A stretch of DNA of 64,000 nt. Origin: Bdellovibrionales bacterium (GTDB taxonomy: Bacteria; Bdellovibrionota; Bdellovibrionia; Bdellovibrionales; UBA1609). Below are positions 1 through 8,596 of this stretch, piece after piece (position 1 is the first letter of the stretch; each line of letters begins with the position of its first letter). A model generated the notes under the pieces. The model did no database searches. It was not told the DNA's origin and saw only the letters and a program-made list of their open reading frames with translations. The translations under genes and the position numbers were made by a program. The DNA lies in the NCBI GenBank assembly GCA_965199825.1, contig OZ241329.1, positions 1,888,001 to 1,952,000 of the forward strand, given 5' to 3'.

Positions 1-40
1 ATGTTTATCCAAAATTAGGAACAATGGTTTCGTTAAGTTT

Positions 41-1141
41 TTAAACGTTAAATCTAAAAAATAAAACGTCGCCATCTTGTACAACGTACTCTTTGCCCTC
101 AAGCCGGTATTTGCCCGCTTCTTTTACCGCAGATTCGCTTCCGAGTTTAAATAACTCTTCGCACGCATAAGTTTCGGCACGGATAAAACCTTTTTCGAAA
201 TCGGTATGGATCACCCCTGCGGCTTGCGGCGCTTTATAACCTTGGCGAATGGTCCACGCTCGGACTTCTTTTTCGCCGGCGGTAAAAAAAGTCACAAGAT
301 TGAGCAAACGATAAGATTCACGAATCAACCGAAATAATCCGGGCTCGCTCACTTTGAGCGAATCCAAAAATTCTTTTCGCTCGCTCGGTTCCAGTTGAGC
401 GATCTCGGCCTCTAGACTGCTGCAAATACTTAAAGACAAATTATTTTCGGAAGTCGCACGCTCGTTGACCTTTTGAACAAAGGGCGAATTGCCCGAAATA
501 AAATCTTCTTCAGAAACATTGCACACATACAAAACTGGTTTAGCAGTGAGGAGATGAAGTTCTTTATATAAGATTGCTTCGGAATCCAAAACCTCAACTG
601 TGCGTGCAGGTTTTCCATCGCTCAAGGCATCATAAACTTTTTTGACCAATGCGTACTCGGCTTTTACTTTTGGATCTTTGGAGGTGCCTGCAAGCTTTTC
701 GGTTTTTTTGATTCTTTTTTCCAGCGAATCGAGATCGGCCAACATCAATTCGGTATTGATCACATCGATATCTCTTAGGGGATCGACACTGCCGCTCACA
801 TGGATCACATTCGGATCTTCAAAACATCTCACCACGTGAACGATCGCATCTGTTTGCCTAATATTGGCAAGAAATTGATTGCCCAATCCTTCGCCCTTTG
901 AGGCGCCAGCGACCAAGCCCGCGATGTCGACAAATTCCATTGCGGTGGGAATCACGCTTTGGGGTTTAATAAAAGAGCAAATCTTATCCATCCGTTCATC
1001 GGGAACGGTGACCACGCCGACGTTTGGATCAATGGTGCAAAACGGATAGTTTGCGGCTTCGGCTTTTGCAGAGGTGAGAGCGTTAAAAAGAGTGCTTTTT
1101 CCAACATTGGGTAAGCCGACAATTCCTGCTTGCAGAGCCAT
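41..1141 (-). CDS. ychF: Redox-regulated ATPase/GTPase YchF
   Basis: GIVGLPNVGKST, ANYPFCTIDPN, DIAGLV, C-terminal TGS domain ending FRFNV. Confidence 0.98.
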   Translation of the reverse strand: MALQAGIVGLPNVGKSTLFNALTSAKAEAANYPFCTIDPNVGVVTVPDERMDKICSFIKPQSVIPTAMEFVDIAGLVAGASKGEGLGNQFLANIRQTDAIVHVVRCFEDPNVIHVSGSVDPLRDIDVINTELMLADLDSLEKRIKKTEKLAGTSKDPKVKAEYALVKKVYDALSDGKPARTVEVLDSEAILYKELHLLTAKPVLYVCNVSEEDFISGNSPFVQKVNERATSENNLSLSICSSLEAEIAQLEPSERKEFLDSLKVSEPGLFRLIRESYRLLNLVTFFTAGEKEVRAWTIRQGYKAPQAAGVIHTDFEKGFIRAETYACEELFKLGSESAVKEAGKYRLEGKEYVVQDGDVLFFRFNV

Positions 1142-1145
1142 TTGG

Positions 1146-1724
1146 TTAATCCTTTTTTATTTGTAAACTGTTATAGTACGATGCCGCACGATCATAGCCT
1201 TGGCTAAAAAAACTGCTAACAGCATCGGCGGCGGCTCCAATAAAATCGGACATCTCGGCCATTTCGCTTTTTGAAAAATTTTGTAAAACATAATCTGCCA
1301 CATCCTGACCCGGATGGCTTGGGCGGCCCACGCCCAATTTCAGTCGGGCATAGTCTGGGCCTAAATGTTGGGTCAGACTTTTTATTCCGTTGTGCCCACC
1401 AGCTCCACGGTTTTGATGAAATCGCATTTGTAAAAACGGCTGATCAATATCGTCTTGGATCACCAGTAAATCTTTGAGCTCAATATCATAAAATTTTAAA
1501 AGTGGTGCCACGCTCTCGCCCGAAAGATTCATATAGGTCTGAGGCTTAACCAAAATAACAGATTGTCCATCAATATTGATGCGCGAAGTTTGGGCGCGAT
1601 GCTCGGTTCGATAAGAGCCTGAGCCCAATTCTTGATTGATCGCATCGACCACAATAAATCCGATGTTGTGACGTTGAAGAACATATTGGGGGCCTGGATT
1701 TCCAAGCCCAACAAGACACTTCAT
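1146..1724 (-). CDS. pth: Peptidyl-tRNA hydrolase
   Basis: VGLGNPG, RHNIGF, KPQTYMNLSG, GGHNGIKS motifs; synteny with rplY and ychF. Confidence 0.97.
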   Translation of the reverse strand: MKCLVGLGNPGPQYVLQRHNIGFIVVDAINQELGSGSYRTEHRAQTSRINIDGQSVILVKPQTYMNLSGESVAPLLKFYDIELKDLLVIQDDIDQPFLQMRFHQNRGAGGHNGIKSLTQHLGPDYARLKLGVGRPSHPGQDVADYVLQNFSKSEMAEMSDFIGAAADAVSSFFSQGYDRAASYYNSLQIKKD

Positions 1725-1734
1725 CTATTGATCG

Positions 1735-2415
1735 TCATTTTTTAGCAGCAGCATCTTTCTTAGCATCTGCTGCGGGCGCAGCAGCACCGGCTGCAGGAGT
1801 TGCACCGGGTGCAGCGGCCGCAGTGGCGTCAGCGGGAACAACGGTCGCAACTTCTTCACGAACAACTGCGACTGTCGCAATTGTTTCTTCGATCGAAGTC
1901 ACAAGTTTGAGGCCCTCTGGAATTTGAATGTCTGAAACGTGCAAGCTGCCATCAAGGCCAATGCCGGAGACATCAACAGCAATAAAATCAGGAATTTGTG
2001 TGGGTAAACATTCGACTTCGATATCTCGTCGAACAGCATTAAAGATCCCACCTTCTGTGGTTCCAATCGCTTTACCTTCAAATCGCAATTCAACACTGAC
2101 ACGAACCGATTTGGTCATATCGGGTGCAAAAAAATCGAAATGAACAGGGCGGCGTGAAACGGGATGAATCGTCACATGTTTTTTTAAAACTTTTAAGCCA
2201 TTCAAAGCTTGGTCTTGGGATTTTAAAGTAAAAATCGCATTTTCAAAACCATGTTTGTTGTAGCGGACCGCATCGCTTTCGTTGAGCGAAATAACGATGT
2301 TCTCGATTTTTGGTCCGTAAACCACAGCCGGAACAATTTTATTTTTGCGCAGCGAGCTTACTTTTTTTCCAGCTATTCTGCTATTTACTTCGATCGATAA
2401 TTCTTGCTGAGCCAT
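1735..2415 (-). CDS. rplY: 50S ribosomal protein L25/Ctc (long form)
   Basis: VPAVVYG, HPVS..PVHFDF, Ala-rich tail; likely start MAQQ after a GAAGGAG SD. Confidence 0.95.
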   Translation of the reverse strand: MAQQELSIEVNSRIAGKKVSSLRKNKIVPAVVYGPKIENIVISLNESDAVRYNKHGFENAIFTLKSQDQALNGLKVLKKHVTIHPVSRRPVHFDFFAPDMTKSVRVSVELRFEGKAIGTTEGGIFNAVRRDIEVECLPTQIPDFIAVDVSGIGLDGSLHVSDIQIPEGLKLVTSIEETIATVAVVREEVATVVPADATAAAAPGATPAAGAAAPAADAKKDAAAKK

Positions 2416-2429
2416 TGTCTCTCCTTCAA

Positions 2430-3377
2430 TCAAGATTCAAAAAGTGCACTCACTGAGTCGTAGGAATAAATTCTTCGTATTGCTTCGGCCACAACGGGCG
2501 CCACACTGATCACTTCAAACTTACCACTGTCAATTGCGGCTTGCTTTAAGGGAATGGTGTCGCTGACCCAAACTTTTTGAACTCCGCACTCAATTAATCG
2601 TGAAACGGCGGGACCAGAAAGAACGGGATGTGTGGCAACGGCAAACACCTCTTTTGCACCATTCCGCATTAAACTGTCAACCGCCTGAACCAATGTTCCG
2701 GCAGTATCGATCATGTCATCAAGAATCACCGCGATTTTTCCACGCACATCTCCAATGAGGTGCAGCGCCTGGGCTTCGTTAGGTCCAGTCCGACGTTTAT
2801 CAATAATAGCTAAAGCGCATTCCACTCGCTTGGCAAATGCTCTGGAGCGTTCGACCCCACCCGCATCGGGGCTAACAATAACAAATTTATCACCAAAGCC
2901 CATCCGGTCACGCCAAGCACGGGCAAATGTTGGGATCGCAAAAAGGTGATCGACCGGGCCATCAAAAAATCCCTGAATTTGTGAAGAATGAAGATCGACC
3001 ATAAGGAGTCGGTTCGCACCGGCACTCTCCAAAAGTTTTGCCACACATTTTGCAGAAATGGGTGCGCGTGGAGCAACTTTGCGATCTTGCCTTGCGTAAC
3101 CATAGTACGGCATCACCGCAGTGATATCGGCGCATGAAGCTCGCTTTAAAGCATCAAGCACCATAAACAGTTCCATATAGTTTTCGTTTACAGGTGGCGC
3201 GGTACTTTGCACCACAAACACGTTGCAACCGCGAACCGATTCATGAATTTCGACTTGCACTTCGCCATCAGCAAATCGTGAAATCGAAATTGCTCCGAGT
3301 TCGACGCCCGCCGCTTTTGCCACACGAGCCGCGAATTGGGGATTTGAATTTCCAGAAAATATTTTTAGCCCCGTCAT
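2430..3377 (-). CDS. prs: Ribose-phosphate pyrophosphokinase
   Basis: FADGE, PYYGYARQDRK, VSPDAGG, DDMIDTAGT. Confidence 0.98.
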   Translation of the reverse strand: MTGLKIFSGNSNPQFAARVAKAAGVELGAISISRFADGEVQVEIHESVRGCNVFVVQSTAPPVNENYMELFMVLDALKRASCADITAVMPYYGYARQDRKVAPRAPISAKCVAKLLESAGANRLLMVDLHSSQIQGFFDGPVDHLFAIPTFARAWRDRMGFGDKFVIVSPDAGGVERSRAFAKRVECALAIIDKRRTGPNEAQALHLIGDVRGKIAVILDDMIDTAGTLVQAVDSLMRNGAKEVFAVATHPVLSGPAVSRLIECGVQKVWVSDTIPLKQAAIDSGKFEVISVAPVVAEAIRRIYSYDSVSALFES

Positions 3378-3420
3378 AAGTTTGAAAACCTTAACGGATA
3401 AAGGTTTTTAAAGCAAAGAC

Positions 3421-4011
3421 TCAGTCTTTTGCTTTGAGAATCTCAAGAAGTTGTTTCAGCGCTTTTGCTCGATGTGAGATCAAATTCTTTTTTGCAGGGT
3501 CCATCTCGCCAAGAGTTTTTGTTTCGCCCTCAGGAATAAATAAAGCATCGTAACCAAAACCACTTTGGCCTTTTAAGGTTGACCCGATTTGTCCCGAAAG
3601 CTCAGCCTCAATCGCATATTCTTTTCCTGCTGGAGAATACACCACAATTGAGCAAACAAATTTTGCTGATCGATTAGGCCCTGCGCGAAGCTGCATCATT
3701 TTTAAAAGTTTTGCGTTGTTTTCGCCATCGGAGGCTTTTTCGCCCGCATACCTTGCCGAATGAATTCCTGGTAAACCACTTAAAGCCTCAACCATCAGAC
3801 CACTGTCTTCGCCCAAAACCCACTGGTCGGATTTAAGTGCTTTAAAACTTTTAGCTTTGAGTCGAGCATTTTCTAAAAAAGTTTTACCAGTTTCCTTGGG
3901 ATAAGCATAAAACGAGAGCTCTTTGGGTGAATGAATTTGAAAGCCCGGAATCAAACTTTTAAATTCAGAAAGTTTTCCCTGATTGCTGGTTGCGATCCAT
4001 AAGTCGGTCAT
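3421..4011 (-). CDS. rdgB: dITP/XTP pyrophosphatase (Ham1 family)
   Basis: ATSNQGK, EDSGL, PGIHSARY, GFGYD, SHR motifs; directly after rph. Confidence 0.95.
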   Translation of the reverse strand: MTDLWIATSNQGKLSEFKSLIPGFQIHSPKELSFYAYPKETGKTFLENARLKAKSFKALKSDQWVLGEDSGLMVEALSGLPGIHSARYAGEKASDGENNAKLLKMMQLRAGPNRSAKFVCSIVVYSPAGKEYAIEAELSGQIGSTLKGQSGFGYDALFIPEGETKTLGEMDPAKKNLISHRAKALKQLLEILKAKD

Positions 4012-4730
4012 AATGTGAAAAAGTCGCCGATCACACTTTGTTGAATTTTAAAAAGTTCAATACAGCCAAGCTCTGCTAAGCCCATCATGTCGAGCATTTG
4101 TTGGCGCGAAAAACTGCCTTTTTCGGCGGTGCCTTGAACCTCGATCATTTCGTTTTTATGGGTCATCACAAAATTCATATCCACCGAACACATGGCGTCT
4201 TCTTCATAATTGAGATCAAGCAGAGCCTTGCCTTGATGAAGTCCAACGCTAATTGCCGCCACGTAATGAAGAAGTGGATTTTGACTGATGACACTTTGGT
4301 TTTTTAATAAATCAAGAGCAAGTGCGAGCGCAACAAATCCTCCAGTGATCGCAGCGGTTCGAGTGCCGCCATCGGCTTGGAGAACATCGCAATCAATAGA
4401 GATTTGTCTTTCGCCTAGGGCTTTTAAATCGACCGCTGCTCTGAGGCTTCGGCCAAGGAGGCGAGAAATTTCTTGGGTTCTCCCGCCACTCATCGATTTT
4501 TCGCGCGCCATTCGGGTATGAGTCGAGCGCGGCAGCATTCCGTATTCGGCCGTGACCCAACCTTTGCCGGAACCTTGGAGCCAGCGCGGAATTTGTGACT
4601 CCACAGAAGCTGTGCACATCACACGCGTGTGTCCAAAGCGAATGTCGACACTGCCTTCGGCATATCGAGCGACGTTGGGAATAATTTCGACTTTTCTTAA
4701 AGCTTCGGGAGATCGACCATCAAAACGCAT
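4008..4730 (-). CDS. rph: Ribonuclease PH
   Basis: GWVTAEYGMLP, GRTQEISRL, DCDVLQADGGTRTA, EVQGTAE. Confidence 0.98.
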   Translation of the reverse strand: MRFDGRSPEALRKVEIIPNVARYAEGSVDIRFGHTRVMCTASVESQIPRWLQGSGKGWVTAEYGMLPRSTHTRMAREKSMSGGRTQEISRLLGRSLRAAVDLKALGERQISIDCDVLQADGGTRTAAITGGFVALALALDLLKNQSVISQNPLLHYVAAISVGLHQGKALLDLNYEEDAMCSVDMNFVMTHKNEMIEVQGTAEKGSFSRQQMLDMMGLAELGCIELFKIQQSVIGDFFTL

Positions 4731-5484
4731 GAGGCGTGTTATCTATGAAATCCTTAAAATTGACAAGGCCGTGATAAATGCCTTGGGCCATTGCATTTTG
4801 GGTTGATTCTTTTTGGAGCATGTCGGCGTCGTCGGTGTTGGTGATAAAACCCATTTCGACTAGTGTTGATGGCATATCCACAAAGCTGATCATATGAAAC
4901 GGCGCTTGTTTGACCGATTGGGCTTTGACCTTTTTGGGACCTTGCCAAGCATCAAGCAAAAACGTTGTGAGCTTTGAACTGCGACGAACCCGGTCATTGC
5001 GCAAAAGATCATCCAGGATCAATTTCGTTTCTCTATTTTTACTGTAGGGAGTGGAGAGGGCACTTAAAGTCTCGTCGAGTTTCATCTCGGGCTCATCGGA
5101 TTGATTTTCTGAAGCTGCTAAAAACATCGACTCTTCATCGGGTGGCAATTGGTTTTGAAAATAAAATTCTGCACCGTGGGCTTTTTTTTGTGGTGACGAA
5201 TTGACATGAAGACTGATCGCCACCGAAACATGCTGATGCCGAGCTTGAGCTGCACGAACGGCGAGGGGAACGAAGGTATCGGTGCGGCGAGAAAGTATCG
5301 ATCTCATCCCAGGGGTCTGGTTGATTAATTTTTCTAATTTGATCCCAACCTTTAAAACGATATCGCTCTCTTCGGTTCTTTTCATACAGGCACCGCGGTC
5401 TTTTCCGCCATGTCCGGGGTCCACAAAAACCACAAAGTCTTTTGCAAAAGCACTCGTCAAAATTAAAACCAAAAAATTAAACAT
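4720..5484 (-). CDS. N-acetylmuramoyl-L-alanine amidase (Amidase_3) with signal peptide
   Basis: DPGHGG, SLHVNS, LVEMGF Zn/catalytic motifs; N-terminal signal peptide ending AFA. Confidence 0.9.
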   Translation of the reverse strand: MFNFLVLILTSAFAKDFVVFVDPGHGGKDRGACMKRTEESDIVLKVGIKLEKLINQTPGMRSILSRRTDTFVPLAVRAAQARHQHVSVAISLHVNSSPQKKAHGAEFYFQNQLPPDEESMFLAASENQSDEPEMKLDETLSALSTPYSKNRETKLILDDLLRNDRVRRSSKLTTFLLDAWQGPKKVKAQSVKQAPFHMISFVDMPSTLVEMGFITNTDDADMLQKESTQNAMAQGIYHGLVNFKDFIDNTPHAF

Positions 5485-5556
5485 ATCTTATTGTCTTTTA
5501 AAACCAAAGGATTGGTCGAGAGGGGCAAGCTGAGTTTTGGTCCAAGGTGGAGGAAG

Positions 5557-5609
5557 AAAAAAAGCGACCTGGGAGGGTAAGTTGAGGGGGCCAGGCCGCT
5601 AAGGGGTAC
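5557..5609 (-). ncRNA. Candidate sigma-54-dependent small RNA: single hairpin with C-rich loop and U-tail
   Basis: Minus strand AGCGGCCTGG/CCAGGTCGCT stem with a G-U pair, 18-nt loop CCCCCTCAACTTACCCTC, then T7; lies directly below a sigma-54 promoter. Confidence 0.5.
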
Positions 5610-5619
5610 TTCAGCATTT

Positions 5620-5636
5620 AGCAAGCAAAGTGCCAA
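5620..5636 (-). promoter_or_regulatory. Sigma-54 (-24/-12) promoter
   Basis: Minus strand TTGGCACTTTGCTTGCT matches TGGCAC-N5-TTGC. Confidence 0.75.
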
Positions 5637-5701
5637 TTTATTTTACAAGACCTTAGTGGGGATGCACTTAACTTTAAAGACCTAAAAACCGATAAAAAAA
5701 T

Positions 5702-6685
5702 ATGAAACTAAAAATTGCTTTTATATTTTGTGTGCTCGTTTTGAACTCGACAGCCTTTGCCAAAGATATCGATGATGTGGAGTCGGGATTAGAAACCACT
5801 TTGTCCGAATCCGAAGCCGCACGGGCCGAGGCGAAATCGGCCTCACAGCGCGCCAAAGAAGAAGAGCGCAAACGCCAAGCTGCACAAATCAAACTCGAAT
5901 CAACCAAAACTAAGGCCGAAGCTCTTGAAAAAGCGGCACGCCAAAAAATCAATGAGCTTGATACAAAAACAACTCAAGCCAAAGTTGAGCGCGCAAAATT
6001 TGAGCGAGAAACAAAGCAGTTCGAATCACAAATCGAAAAATGGAATAAAAATCTCGAAGAAGCAAAAAAACAAGCAGCAGATGCGATCGAAAAAAAGCAA
6101 ACCGCAGAACAAACTCATTCGGCTCGCGCCCAAGAACTTGAGACTTTAAAAGAACAACTCAAAGATGCCAAAACCAATGCGTCATCGGCAAAAACCGAGA
6201 GTCAAAATTCTGAGTCGCGACTCAAAGCCATACAAATGAAATATGACGAGCAGTCGCAAATCAATTCTCAAGAGATCGAAAAGCTTCAAACCGAAATTAA
6301 GACTTACCGAACACAAGCCTTGGCCTCAGAATCCCAAATGCGCAAACTTCGTGGACAACAAAAAAAATCAGAAGACGAAACCGCTTTGCTAGAAGTGGAA
6401 GCCGAGGGCGCCAAAGCCAGAGCCGCCCATTCTGCTAAATACCTTGCAGATCTAAAAATGAATACCGCACAAAAACTCGAAGCTCTAAAAAATCGGGCTC
6501 AATCTGCTTCGGGTAAAGTTCAAGCTTCAAGCGAAAACGAATCTACCATTCGTCGCAATACCGCATCTGAGCAATCGACCAACAATGCGGTAAGCGCAAA
6601 AAATATGAATGATGCAATGAACGTCAAATTGATCAAGCGTCATCATAATTGCGGTGCTTCAGAGGATTGCCAACCGAGCAAGTGA
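5702..6685 (+). CDS. Secreted long coiled-coil protein, unknown function
   Basis: Signal peptide ending AFA, then about 250 aa rich in A/E/K/Q heptads. Confidence 0.75.
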   Translation: MKLKIAFIFCVLVLNSTAFAKDIDDVESGLETTLSESEAARAEAKSASQRAKEEERKRQAAQIKLESTKTKAEALEKAARQKINELDTKTTQAKVERAKFERETKQFESQIEKWNKNLEEAKKQAADAIEKKQTAEQTHSARAQELETLKEQLKDAKTNASSAKTESQNSESRLKAIQMKYDEQSQINSQEIEKLQTEIKTYRTQALASESQMRKLRGQQKKSEDETALLEVEAEGAKARAAHSAKYLADLKMNTAQKLEALKNRAQSASGKVQASSENESTIRRNTASEQSTNNAVSAKNMNDAMNVKLIKRHHNCGASEDCQPSK

Positions 6686-7308
6686 ACTCGCTTTGAACTC
6701 ATTTGCCACCCAAACAGTTGCTCGTGGCTTTTTAAAAAAAAATCTTTTGTCATATGATCCACAATTTCACCTTGTGGATTTTCTTTTGCTAAAAAATCAT
6801 TAAGATCCTGATAGATCAAATGATGAGCAACCCCATTCATCGAATACACGTCGTGATAACTGAGCCAATGATGAGAATTAAAAAAGTTGAGCAGACGGGT
6901 TTTAAAAATCGCTTCGGTTCGGGGCCAATTTTTTTTGTAAACCAAGCCAAGCTGACCAAGTACATTGCAAAACAAATAGGTGCAATGAGCGGGTCGGCTT
7001 AAGAGGGCTGAGCCATCATTGAGAAAAAAATCTTCGCAGTGCCATTGAACTTGAATACCAAATCGCATTCGAAATATTTTTTTGGCCAAGGGATCAGGAT
7101 CATAAACTGATATTGTTTTAAAATTCTCAAAAAAACTGTGTTGGGGCAGGCTCCATCCCCCGCTTGGCCCCACCAAGACCAAATGATCTTTGAGATTATG
7201 CCGAGATAAATTCATCGACACCCATTCTCTTAGAGGCTGCCAACGAGAGCGGTTAAAAAGTGCGCGGGCATGGTAAAAAGGCCCGCCGGTGACTTCAAAA
7301 GATGACAT
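6643..7308 (-). CDS. Hypothetical protein, possibly SAM-methyltransferase-like fold
   Basis: LVLVGPSGGW..ISVYDPDP resembles Rossmann motifs I/II; ATG overlaps the cbs stop (TGATG). Confidence 0.65.
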   Translation of the reverse strand: MSSFEVTGGPFYHARALFNRSRWQPLREWVSMNLSRHNLKDHLVLVGPSGGWSLPQHSFFENFKTISVYDPDPLAKKIFRMRFGIQVQWHCEDFFLNDGSALLSRPAHCTYLFCNVLGQLGLVYKKNWPRTEAIFKTRLLNFFNSHHWLSYHDVYSMNGVAHHLIYQDLNDFLAKENPQGEIVDHMTKDFFLKSHEQLFGWQMSSKRVHLLGWQSSEAPQL

Positions 7309-8261
7309 CAGAGAAAGTGATTTTCTTTCATCCAAGTGTCCGACACAAACTTCGACATGTAGTTGCGAATGCCGTCACATAACAGCACCACACAATTTTG
7401 ATCGGGTTTTAAATCCTTTGCCGCCTCTAGTGCCGCCCAGTGCGCCGCACCAGATGAGCCTCCGCATAAAAACCCCTCTTCACGAATCAACTGCCGAGCT
7501 GTCGAAAATGAATTTTGATCATTGGTCTTAACCCAATGATCAACGAGTGAGCGATCGAGGACATCAGGAATAAAGTCATAGCCAATGCCTTCAACCTTGT
7601 AAGAAAACACCTGGCCTGGTCCTGCCAAGATCGATCCCTCGGGATCCACACCCACAATTTGAACTTTTGGATTTTTCTGTTTTAATTTTTTTGCCACACC
7701 CGAGAGTGTTCCGCCCGTACCAGTGGTCATCACCACCATGTCCACTTTGCCCTTAAGATCTTGCCAAATTTCTTCGGCGGTAGTGACAAAATGAATATTG
7801 GGATTCGCCGGATTGGCGTACTGATTTAAAATATGAGCCCGCGGAATTTCTTTTTGAAGACGTTTTGCCACTCCAAATAAACTCTCAGGCGAGTCATAAG
7901 CCGCCTCGGTGGGTGTGCGAATAATTTCTGCACCAAGGGCTTCGAGAGTCACTTGTTTTTCCATGCTCATTTTTTGGGGCATCGTGATGATCACTCGGTA
8001 ACCCTTTACAGCACCAGCGAGCGCAATCCCAATCCCGGTGTTGCCAGAGGTCGGCTCAATCAGCACGTCACCGGGACGAATGCGGCCCGCATCTTCGGCC
8101 TCTTGCACCATGCTGAATCCGATTCGATCTTTGACCGAGCCGCCCGGATTTAAAAATTCGAGCTTCGCAAAGAGCTGACATTTAAGATCCCCTTTTACTT
8201 TTTGAACTTCAACGAGGGGAGTGCGACCGATCACATCGAGAATATTTTTGTATGTTGCCAT
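7308..8261 (-). CDS. Cystathionine beta-synthase / cysteine synthase family PLP enzyme (catalytic domain only)
   Basis: KLEFLNPGGSVKDR, EPTSGNTG, GTGGT, YKVEGIGYDFIP (CBS-type). Confidence 0.92.
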   Translation of the reverse strand: MATYKNILDVIGRTPLVEVQKVKGDLKCQLFAKLEFLNPGGSVKDRIGFSMVQEAEDAGRIRPGDVLIEPTSGNTGIGIALAGAVKGYRVIITMPQKMSMEKQVTLEALGAEIIRTPTEAAYDSPESLFGVAKRLQKEIPRAHILNQYANPANPNIHFVTTAEEIWQDLKGKVDMVVMTTGTGGTLSGVAKKLKQKNPKVQIVGVDPEGSILAGPGQVFSYKVEGIGYDFIPDVLDRSLVDHWVKTNDQNSFSTARQLIREEGFLCGGSSGAAHWAALEAAKDLKPDQNCVVLLCDGIRNYMSKFVSDTWMKENHFL

Positions 8262-8335
8262 TCAAACTCTCATTTGTTTTTCACTTGTTGGATTGAATTG
8301 GAAATGGTGACACTCTTTGGGAAAAGAGACAAATC

Positions 8336-8596
8336 ATGTCGCAACACCTTGCTAATTTAAACATCGGATCGAGCGCCGTGATCAGAGGATACATTGGAGA
8401 TCATTCAATTCATGAACGCCTTAAAGACCTCGGATTTGTTGAGGGCGCGGTTGTCCAGGCATTGTTCAGAGCACCTCTTGGTGGCCTTTCGATATTTCGG
8501 GTGGACAACACGACCGTTGCGCTCCGCGATGAGGAGGCGAGTTGCCTACGCATCTCGTTAATCGCGAAAACCAGCGAGATCCCATCATTGCTCTAG
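8336..8596 (+). CDS. feoA: Ferrous iron transport protein A
   Basis: RLKDLGF..G, RAPLGG, VALRDEEA; precedes feoB. Confidence 0.9.
   Translation: MSQHLANLNIGSSAVIRGYIGDHSIHERLKDLGFVEGAVVQALFRAPLGGLSIFRVDNTTVALRDEEASCLRISLIAKTSEIPSLL

Noticed and set aside
8262..8335. Fur box upstream of feoA
   Set aside because: No convincing GATAATGATAATCATTATC-like palindrome
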